Assembly: GCA_050633305.1 (NCBI GenBank)
Contig: JBOEGF010000004.1
Span: 352,140-416,139, forward strand
Length of the DNA: 64,000 nucleotides
Source: Nannocystales bacterium
Lineage (GTDB): Bacteria > Myxococcota_A > Polyangia > Nannocystales > Nannocystaceae
Direction: 5' to 3'
Each line of letters begins with the position of its first letter. The first letter of the stretch is position 1. The position numbers were made by a program, and so were the translations under genes. Under the pieces are notes generated by a model, which worked only from the letters and a program-made list of their open reading frames with translations, did no database searches and was not told where the DNA came from. Positions 36,610-44,043 of the stretch are shown here, one piece after another.

Positions 36610-37386
36610 CTAGCCTTCGAGGATCGAAGCGCTCTTGATGTAGTCGAGCTCCGGGAAGTCCTTCTTGAGGTACTTGTTTCCTTCGCTCTGGATGCGTCCC
36701 TGCGACGGCCCGCGTCCGCGGGGAGCACCCTCGCCGTAGCCCTTGTAGAGGCTGTCGACGATGTCCATGCCTTCGACAACCTCGCCGAAGGGTGCGAACC
36801 CCATCCCGTCCAGGTTGGCGTTGTTCTTGAAGTTGATGAACACCTGGGTGGTCCGGGTGTTGGGGTTGTTCTGCTTGGCGAACGTCACCATCCCGCGCTT
36901 GTTGCTGCCCTTGACCGGGTCGTCGTCGATCTGCGCAGCGCGCCACTTGCTGTTGACCTGGGGTTCGGCATGCAGGCCGAACTGCACCATGAAGCCGTCG
37001 ATGACGCGGAAGAAGCCGGCATCGTTGAAGAAGCCGATCTTCACCAGGTTGAAGAACCGATCCGCGCCCAACGGAGCCTGATCTCGCTTGACCTCGATGA
37101 CGAAGTCGCCCTTCGTGGTCTCGAACTTCACCTTGTAGGTGTCGGGCGCTGTTTCGACCGCCTTGGAGGGGTCGAGCAGGCGAGGGTCGATGTCTCCGGC
37201 GTCGGCTTTCGCGTCGTCTTTCTTCGGCGCGTCAGCCTTCGCGGCGTCCTTCTTCGGCGCGTCAGCCTTCGCGGCGCCAGCTTTCGGATCCGCCTTGGCG
37301 GCTGTTGCGTCGTCGGCCTTCTTTTCCGGAGCCTTCGAGTCGCACGCAGCGAGTGCCATCACCATGATGAGAGCGAGACGAGTCAT
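36610..37386 (-). CDS. Cyclophilin-type peptidyl-prolyl cis-trans isomerase, lipoprotein
   Basis: Lipobox LAAC; FETTKGDF, FFRVIDGFMVQFG, TRTTQVFIN, FAPFGEVVEGMDIVD. Confidence 0.93.
   Translation of the reverse strand: MTRLALIMVMALAACDSKAPEKKADDATAAKADPKAGAAKADAPKKDAAKADAPKKDDAKADAGDIDPRLLDPSKAVETAPDTYKVKFETTKGDFVIEVKRDQAPLGADRFFNLVKIGFFNDAGFFRVIDGFMVQFGLHAEPQVNSKWRAAQIDDDPVKGSNKRGMVTFAKQNNPNTRTTQVFINFKNNANLDGMGFAPFGEVVEGMDIVDSLYKGYGEGAPRGRGPSQGRIQSEGNKYLKKDFPELDYIKSASILEG
37220..37276. repeat. 30-nt tandem repeat encoding the AKADAPKKDA linker of the cyclophilin
   Basis: TTCTTCGGCGCGTCAGCCTTCGCGGCG at 37220 and 37250. Confidence 0.85.
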
Positions 37387-37441
37387 CGGCCGGCGTATAC
37401 CATGCGCGAGTGCGCGCGGGCTTTGGTAGGCTGCCGCCGCC

Positions 37442-37747
37442 ATGGACATCGAGCAGCTCGTCCTCCGCGTCGTTCGCGACGCCGTCGCCCGCCGGAGCTA
37501 TCGGATGCCGATGCGGACCGCCGCGGTGGGCTCCAACGGCGCGGTGTTGTTCAGCGAGTTCACCGCCCCGCCCTTCGGCGCGAGCAAGGGCTCGATCACG
37601 CAAACCCACGTGACCGGCAAGATCCCCGACGAGGGATTCGAGGCGCCCATCCACGTCATGATCACGGACGCGACCGGGCGAGCCACGGTGGCGATGTTCA
37701 GGGGCACCGGAGATCCGGTCTACCTCGACCAGCTTGCCAAGGCGTAA
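37442..37747 (+). CDS. Hypothetical protein (101 aa)
   Basis: GC3-biased ORF, TAGGCT 9 nt before the ATG; no recognised motif. Confidence 0.65.
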   Translation: MDIEQLVLRVVRDAVARRSYRMPMRTAAVGSNGAVLFSEFTAPPFGASKGSITQTHVTGKIPDEGFEAPIHVMITDATGRATVAMFRGTGDPVYLDQLAKA

Positions 37748-37911
37748 CCGCGCCTTCGAAGCAACTTTTACAAGCCACACGCACACGCTTGGCATAACTA
37801 GGGTTTTGCGGATCCAAGCGCGCCGCAACGCAACCGGCAACTGCGGCCGAGGAACGACCCTCCCTGCCTTTTCTTGGATGCCCGATCCGCGTGTCCTACA
37901 GGTGGGACACG

Positions 37912-38355
37912 ATGCTGACACGGACACGGAACCGCGGTTGTGCACTGCTTGCGCTCACGATGTTTGCGGGATGTGCGGGGGCCGAGACCGATCCTCTCGG
38001 CGGCGAGCCCGACCTCGCGGAGTTTGTCCGCGACGAGCCCGTCCGAGGAGACCTGTTCATCGAGTTCACGGACGCCCGTGGGGAGCCCCTGTACCCGGAG
38101 TCGATCGAGATCTCCGTCGACGGGGCCGAGAGCACCGACGTCGAGTGCATGACCACGGACGAAGGTTTCTGTACGACCTGGCTTGGCGGTTTTGAGGCGC
38201 TGGAGCGGGTCACGGTCTGGGCGAACTCGTGCGGTCATCGCTTTGGTACAGCGCTGCCGCTGGGGCCCGATGTCGACGAGCGGGCGCCGTACCAAGCGGC
38301 AGTGACCATCGTCGGAGTGTCCGGTCTGTGCCGGCCATCAGAACCGGCCCTGTGA
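37912..38355 (+). CDS. Hypothetical lipoprotein
   Basis: Signal peptide ending FAGC; four further Cys; beta-rich. Confidence 0.7.
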   Translation: MLTRTRNRGCALLALTMFAGCAGAETDPLGGEPDLAEFVRDEPVRGDLFIEFTDARGEPLYPESIEISVDGAESTDVECMTTDEGFCTTWLGGFEALERVTVWANSCGHRFGTALPLGPDVDERAPYQAAVTIVGVSGLCRPSEPAL

Positions 38356-38487
38356 CATTTTTGTCGTGGAGCGCCGGAGCGCATTCGCCCTAGAGCCGGC
38401 TGCCTTTGCCGTCTGAGGATGATTGCACGGCGCTCGAAGCCGGCTATCGTCGAGTCCATATCGGGGACGCGTCCACACTCCCTCAAC

Positions 38488-38511
38488 ACTCTGTTCAATG
38501 TTGCACAGAGT
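38488..38511. promoter_or_regulatory. AT-rich near-perfect palindrome, candidate operator upstream of the DUF4397 gene
   Basis: ACTCTGTtCAA-TG-TTGcACAGAGT (10 of 11 positions paired), about 100 nt before the ATG at 38610. Confidence 0.5.
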
Positions 38512-38609
38512 TTGTTGCAGGTTTCAGATTCTCGGTCAGCGTTGGGTCGCAGCCCAACCGGCCCGAGCCTTGGAGCCGAGGGACGTCCCCAACACGAGGA
38601 CTACGACTG

Positions 38610-40184
38610 ATGACTATCTATAAATCCAGCGCACTCACTCTCTGCTCGTTGCTGACCCTGGCGGGATGCCCGTCCGATGACACCGGCGAGGGCACAGGAT
38701 CGTCCGACACCGACCCGACGACGGGCGTGGCCCCAACCACCGGCACCGACACCGTCGACGAGACCGACACGGTCGATCCTGACACGACCGACACGGATCC
38801 GGATACCGATACTGACACGGACACCGACACTGCGGCCGACGGGGCCCTCATCCGGGTCGTTCACGGCTCGCCCGGCGCCCCCGCGGTCGACATCTGGGTC
38901 ATGGACGACGACGCCCCGGTCCTCGAAGGCCTCGCGTACGGCGACGCCTCCGAGTACCTCGACGTCCCCGCCGGTGACTACGTCTTTGAGGTCCGCGCCG
39001 CGGGCGATGCGGCCGACGTCGAGCCTCTCTACTCCACCGACTCACTGACCCTGGCAGTGGGCGACAGCATCACGGCCATCGCCGCAGGCCAGGTTGGCGG
39101 TGAAGACGACGCGGCCTTCCGCGTCCTGGCCCTGGCCGACGGGTTCGACGATCCCGGCGAAGGCGCGATCGCCCGGATCGTGCACGCCGGATCCGATGCG
39201 CCCGCGGTCGACATCGACGTCGGCAACGACGGGTCTTCGGAGCTTGAAGGGGTCGCGCTGTACGCGGATTCCGGAGCCGCGGGCGTCGCCCTGCCCGCCG
39301 GAGAGGCGCTTCAGGTTGGCATTCTCGATGCGGGCGCACCGCTCACTGCGTTCACCACCCCAGAGCTGCCCGCCGGCGGTGAGCTGTACATCATCGCCAC
39401 GGGGCTCACGGCAGACATGCCGCGTACGGAGTCGGGCTTCTCCTTGCTCGCGGTCGGGCCCGAGGGCGCCATTGGCTTCATCCGGCAGAACCCACGCGTT
39501 TACGCTCTTCACGCGGGCACCGACGCCCCCGCGGTCGACATCTGCGTCGCGGGTGCTCCTCTGCTGACGGGAGTCGAGTTCGGCGCCATGGGCGGCGTTC
39601 AGGTCCCGCCAGGGGAGTACACGCTCGACATCCACGCAACCGGCGATGAGGATTGCGCGGGCGAGCCTGCGTTCTCGGCGGACTCCCCCGCGCTCGAGGC
39701 AGGCGAGCAGTACCTGGCCGCCGCGGCCGGGGAACTTGCGACGGACGACGGCGGAGACGGTCCCAACCCGGACTTCACCGTGGAGTTCTTCACCGAGGGG
39801 TTCACCTATGACCCCGCCAGCACCGACGCTTCGCTTCGGGTGATTCACGCAGCTTCGGCTCCGGCTGTGACGGCGGGCGCGCTGGACGAGAATGGTCAGA
39901 TCGCCGACTCCTTGTTCCAGACGATCTCGTTCCCCAACGAGACCGGCGAGTTCGCGCTTCCCGGTGGTGAGTACGTCGTAGGCTTGGCCGGCTCCCGAGG
40001 CGTGGTCCTCCCGGCCGACCCGATCGCCGCATTCGGCGTGACGGCGCCCGCTGGAGTCTCGGCCTGGGTCGTCGCGAATGGCTCGCTCGACTCCACGGAC
40101 GGCGACCAAGACTTCGGTCTGAGCGCCATCATCGTGAGCCCCGGTCCCTGGACCCTCCTGCCCCTGGCCCCCGCAGCCGAGTGA
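38610..40184 (+). CDS. DUF4397 multi-domain lipoprotein with Asp/Thr-rich linker
   Basis: Lipobox LAGC; DTDTDT low-complexity linker; four repeats of RV(V/I)H(G/A)..AP(AV)D. Confidence 0.87.
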   Translation: MTIYKSSALTLCSLLTLAGCPSDDTGEGTGSSDTDPTTGVAPTTGTDTVDETDTVDPDTTDTDPDTDTDTDTDTAADGALIRVVHGSPGAPAVDIWVMDDDAPVLEGLAYGDASEYLDVPAGDYVFEVRAAGDAADVEPLYSTDSLTLAVGDSITAIAAGQVGGEDDAAFRVLALADGFDDPGEGAIARIVHAGSDAPAVDIDVGNDGSSELEGVALYADSGAAGVALPAGEALQVGILDAGAPLTAFTTPELPAGGELYIIATGLTADMPRTESGFSLLAVGPEGAIGFIRQNPRVYALHAGTDAPAVDICVAGAPLLTGVEFGAMGGVQVPPGEYTLDIHATGDEDCAGEPAFSADSPALEAGEQYLAAAAGELATDDGGDGPNPDFTVEFFTEGFTYDPASTDASLRVIHAASAPAVTAGALDENGQIADSLFQTISFPNETGEFALPGGEYVVGLAGSRGVVLPADPIAAFGVTAPAGVSAWVVANGSLDSTDGDQDFGLSAIIVSPGPWTLLPLAPAAE

Positions 40185-40205
40185 TCTGCGCAGCCTAAGT
40201 CCAGG

Positions 40206-40239
40206 AAGGGAGGTGGCCCGCGGGCCGCCTCCCTTTTTT
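40206..40239 (+). terminator. Rho-independent terminator
   Basis: Stem AAGGGAGGTGGCCC/GGGCCGCCTCCCTT followed by a T-run, about 20 nt after the DUF4397 stop. Confidence 0.85.
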
Positions 40240-40323
40240 CGTGGACGCGCGGCCTCGGATCAGAGGGCGGCCCAGCTTGGTCCACCCGCGCCTCGGCTCC
40301 TTTGCCCGCGGTACGCTGGACCG

Positions 40324-42645
40324 ATGGGTGCTGGCCAGTCCGACCGACGCCACACGTCCCGGGGGGGCATCCCGTGGACGCGAGCGTTGTTTGCACTGGC
40401 GGTCATCGGCCCAGCCCTGGTTCTCGGCGGGGTGCATCCGCAGACGCTCGCCGCGTGGTCGGTCGTGGTGGGTGTCCTGCTGTGGCGGCTCGCCCGCAAG
40501 AGCCGAGCGGGCTTGGCTCGCCCCTGGCCGGCGCTCGTCCTCGTGTTCCTCGCGGGCTGGACATTGCTAGCCGCGCTGCCGATCCCCGGAGTGCGGCCGC
40601 TTCTCGCCCCCACCCTGCAGGCGTGGGTCGATGGCGCCGTACTCCCCGGAGCGACCGGGCCGCCTGGACTCTCGGTAACCCCGGGGGATACCGCCGTCGA
40701 GGCGCTCCGCCTGGGGGCGCTTGCGGCCATGGTCGTGGTCGGTAGCCAGCTCTCCTGGCGCTTGAGCGCGGCGGCCGTGAGCGCCGCAGGATTGGCGGTG
40801 TCCGGCCTTGGCTTCGTGCACGCGTTGCTCGGTGCGACGTCAGTCTACGGCCTCTACGTGCCAGTTCACGAGACGCTCCTGCCTCGCACCGCCCTGCTCG
40901 GCAGTTTCATCAACCCCAACCATCAGGCGGGACTGCTGCTGCTCAGTGTCTTCGCGGCCGCTGCTCTCGCGGTGGACCAACTCCACGGCGCCCGGACCGC
41001 ACGCGACGCAGCCCGTGTCACCCAGCGACGAGAACGGGGCGTCGCGATGATCGGAGCATTGCTGCTCCTGATCCCCGCACTTCTTCTCTCGCTCTCCCGT
41101 GGTGCGCTGCTGGTCTTCGCCGTGCTCGCTCCCATCGGACTGCTGGTCGGCTTGGTGCGTCCGCCGGCGAGTCATGGGACCAAGCCCCACGCGCAGCGAC
41201 GCGGACCGGTCATCGCTGGCGCCGCAGCGTTGGTATGTCTCGTGATTCTCGTGGGTCGACACGGCCCGTGGGCAGAACTGCTTGCACTGTTCGACGACCC
41301 CGGCCGAGCGTTCGAGCAAAAACTCGGTCCAGCTCGCGATGGATGGGGACTGATCACCAGGAGCCCTGTGTTGGGGACGGGCCGCGGGACCTTCATCGAC
41401 CTGCTCCCTCTGCACGCGCCTGGCGATGATCTGGTCTACACGCACCTCGAGTCCACGCCCGTCACGGCGCTCGTGGAGTGGGGCCCACTGATCGGCGGAG
41501 TCGCCGTGCTCGCGGCGGTGCTGTGGTGGGTGGCCGCGCTGCGCCACCGTGCGAAGGGCCGAGAACGCCGCGCTCGGGGACTGCTGCTGCTGGGCGTTGC
41601 GGCCGTGTTGCTGCAAAGCACGGTCGACTTCTCGCTCGAGTTCATCGGCGTTGCCGCACCGCTCGCAGCCTTGGTCGGCGCCCTGACCCCGCACGGCCGC
41701 CGCGTCCTGCCTCGGCGCGCGACGATGCGACTGGCGCCGGGGCTCGCGCTGGTCTCCGCCGTCGCGATCCTCGGACTCGCCCCGCACACCTGGACCTGCC
41801 GCACTACAACCAACGCGCAGGTCTCCGCAGGTGAGCGGGAGATCTCGGACGCTCTGCGCTGGCGCCCCCTGGATGGCGGACTCCATGCGGTTGCCGCCAG
41901 GCTCGCCCTGACCCGTGGAGACATCAGCGCAGCCGGGACCCACGCTGAGCTGGCAACACGAACCCAGTCAGGGTCGATCGACGCCTGGCTCATGCTCGCC
42001 GCGGTCCACCACCATCGCGGGAGTCCCCAAGCTCGGGACGAAGCGGTCGCGCAGGCCCTCGATCGGGTCCGAGACCCCGCCCCCGCAATCCTCGTGGAGT
42101 ACATCCGCGCGCGGTACCCCGACGCAACCCAGGCCGAGGCGGTGACGCCCAGCCGACCCCGCGCGTTTAGGGCCGTGGTGCGGGGCCTTCGGGAGGCCGG
42201 CGCCCTGGACCATGCGGACGCGATGGCACGTACCCGGGCCCGCACCCACCCCAACGATCCCGCGCCTCTGCTGGTACGAAGCCGCGTGGCCCTCGAACGC
42301 GATCAAGTCGCTTTGGCCCTACACTTCGCCCTGCTGGCCCGCGGCACCAGCCCGGACTCCGCCGACGCACACCTCGCCGTGGCCCGAGCGACCGCACGCC
42401 GACATGGGGTCGACGCGGCGTTGGACGTGTTGAGCGCTGCCTCCCAGCTCGCGCCGGGCCCCCGGGAGCAGCGACGCATCGACGAGCTGCGGGTCCGGCT
42501 GCTGATTCAGGATGGTGGGCCCTCCTCGCTCGAGTCCGCGCACGCGCTTGCACAAAACCTGCTCCTGCACAGCACCGACGCCGAGCAGCGGACCCGACAC
42601 CGGGCTCTGGTCGGAGACGTCGCCCGAGCCCGCAACGGCGAGTGA
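40324..42645 (+). CDS. O-antigen ligase (Wzy_C) family membrane protein with TPR-like C-terminus
   Basis: GSFINPNH, SLSRGA, PVLGTGRGTF, THLES...LVEWG, VDFSL; many TM helices then helical repeats. Confidence 0.82.
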   Translation: MGAGQSDRRHTSRGGIPWTRALFALAVIGPALVLGGVHPQTLAAWSVVVGVLLWRLARKSRAGLARPWPALVLVFLAGWTLLAALPIPGVRPLLAPTLQAWVDGAVLPGATGPPGLSVTPGDTAVEALRLGALAAMVVVGSQLSWRLSAAAVSAAGLAVSGLGFVHALLGATSVYGLYVPVHETLLPRTALLGSFINPNHQAGLLLLSVFAAAALAVDQLHGARTARDAARVTQRRERGVAMIGALLLLIPALLLSLSRGALLVFAVLAPIGLLVGLVRPPASHGTKPHAQRRGPVIAGAAALVCLVILVGRHGPWAELLALFDDPGRAFEQKLGPARDGWGLITRSPVLGTGRGTFIDLLPLHAPGDDLVYTHLESTPVTALVEWGPLIGGVAVLAAVLWWVAALRHRAKGRERRARGLLLLGVAAVLLQSTVDFSLEFIGVAAPLAALVGALTPHGRRVLPRRATMRLAPGLALVSAVAILGLAPHTWTCRTTTNAQVSAGEREISDALRWRPLDGGLHAVAARLALTRGDISAAGTHAELATRTQSGSIDAWLMLAAVHHHRGSPQARDEAVAQALDRVRDPAPAILVEYIRARYPDATQAEAVTPSRPRAFRAVVRGLREAGALDHADAMARTRARTHPNDPAPLLVRSRVALERDQVALALHFALLARGTSPDSADAHLAVARATARRHGVDAALDVLSAASQLAPGPREQRRIDELRVRLLIQDGGPSSLESAHALAQNLLLHSTDAEQRTRHRALVGDVARARNGE

Positions 42646-42710
42646 AACCGCAGCGGGGGTCGCGAGCGTCGAGCCCACCCACCTTGGCGAGACGACCCCG
42701 ACATGCTTGC

Positions 42711-43547
42711 ATGGATGCCATGCGATGCTGCCTCTTGCTCGGTTCGGCACTTCTCGCCTGCTCGACCGGGCAAGCGCCGCCCTCGGCCATCACGCCCGCT
42801 GCGGCGTCTTCCGCTCCAGCCCCGTCCACACGGTCTCGACTCCCGGGCCCCTGCCAGGTTCGTCATGAGGGGTTCGCCGGGCTCACCGTGACCGACATCG
42901 ACTATGACGGCGAGCACGAGATTCGCGCCCTGGAGCGCGGCCCGTCGGGGGAGCGGCAGATGCTGTGGTCCTACGACGACACCGGGCGGCGAACGCAGCA
43001 GGTCACCATCGACGGGCCCTCGATCCGGACGCAGACGTTCGGGTACGACCATGGGGTGCTCGTGTGGGAGGAAGTCCACGATGCACAGCAAGACCGCGTC
43101 GTCGTGCGACGGACGCGGAGCTACGATTCCTCCGGGAAGCTGCGCGAGCGGGACGAATCCCAGTGGCATGCGGGCGCGCTCGTCGTGGTCGATCACCACG
43201 CGCTTCACTACGACGACTCAGAGGCATTCGTGTACGAACTGCGGACCCGAACCCCGCCGGACGGTCCGCGGGTCGTGCACAGCATCACCGTCGATGTCGA
43301 CGATCGTGGTCGGGTCACCGCGAGACGCGTCGACGAAGGGATGACGGGGCGGTTCGAGCGGGTTTCCCTATACAGCTATGGCGAGCAAGGCGGCTTGGCC
43401 ACGCTCACGGAGATGAGAGGGAATGCGCTGCACACGGTTGCGCGGCACTCCTACGATGACCACGCCCGGCTGGTTCAGACGGAGGTGGAGGACGCTTCGG
43501 GCAAGCGCGTGGGCGTCACGACGTACGCGTTCAGCTGTCCGCCGTGA
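42711..43547 (+). CDS. Lipoprotein with YD/RHS-like beta-hairpin repeats
   Basis: Lipobox LLAC; recurring YD motifs (YDGEHE, YDDTGR, YDHG, YDSSGK, YDDHAR); no toxin tip. Start 42711 or 42720. Confidence 0.7.
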   Translation: MDAMRCCLLLGSALLACSTGQAPPSAITPAAASSAPAPSTRSRLPGPCQVRHEGFAGLTVTDIDYDGEHEIRALERGPSGERQMLWSYDDTGRRTQQVTIDGPSIRTQTFGYDHGVLVWEEVHDAQQDRVVVRRTRSYDSSGKLRERDESQWHAGALVVVDHHALHYDDSEAFVYELRTRTPPDGPRVVHSITVDVDDRGRVTARRVDEGMTGRFERVSLYSYGEQGGLATLTEMRGNALHTVARHSYDDHARLVQTEVEDASGKRVGVTTYAFSCPP

Positions 43548-43989
43548 GCGGGACTTCGCGAATGGCGACGCCTGCCTCGGCCAACATCCCCGTGCTCATT
43601 TCAAAATCCTGCATCCAGCGTTCCGGGATCTTCAGACCCCGTGGAAACACCACCTCGTCTACACCGGCCTGAATCAACGAGCGCGCGCAACGGGTACACG
43701 GCGGCCAGGTGACGTAGGCACGACAACCCTTGAGCGCCACTCCGATCCGGGCAGCGTGCATGATCGCGTTCTCCTCGGCGTGACAGATCAGCGGGTACTT
43801 CTGCTCCCGGTCGGTGAGACGATCGCTGGCATCGTCGATACCGCGGGGAAACCCGTTGAAGCCGGTGCTTCGGATCTCTCGGTCGGGGCCTACGACCACG
43901 CACCCCACCTGGGTCGAAGGGTCCTTGCTCCAACGTGAGATGTGCACCGCGAGTTCGAGAAAACGAACGTCCCACTTCGAGGGCTCCAT
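43531..43989 (-). CDS. Deoxycytidylate (dCMP) deaminase, ComEB-like
   Basis: SKDPSTQVGC, STGFNGFPRG, HAEENAI, PCTRCA. Confidence 0.93.
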   Translation of the reverse strand: MEPSKWDVRFLELAVHISRWSKDPSTQVGCVVVGPDREIRSTGFNGFPRGIDDASDRLTDREQKYPLICHAEENAIMHAARIGVALKGCRAYVTWPPCTRCARSLIQAGVDEVVFPRGLKIPERWMQDFEMSTGMLAEAGVAIREVPLTADS

Positions 43990-44043
43990 TGCGCGGAGCG
44001 TATCAGCCCGTGGCGAGCCCCGGCAGAGAGGATCGACCCTCGC

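Noticed and set aside
37790..37809. TGGCA...TTGC sigma-54-like motif
   Set aside because: GG-to-GC spacing is 15 nt rather than the required 10.
38700..38830. GACACC/GATACC short tandem repeats as a possible CRISPR or VNTR
   Set aside because: In-frame Asp-Thr linker of the DUF4397 lipoprotein; no repeat-spacer structure and no cas genes anywhere in the window.
42711..43989. RHS toxin with a deaminase effector (YD protein next to a deaminase)
   Set aside because: The genes are convergent, the YD protein lacks the RHS core and cleavage motif, and the deaminase is a typical housekeeping dCMP deaminase.
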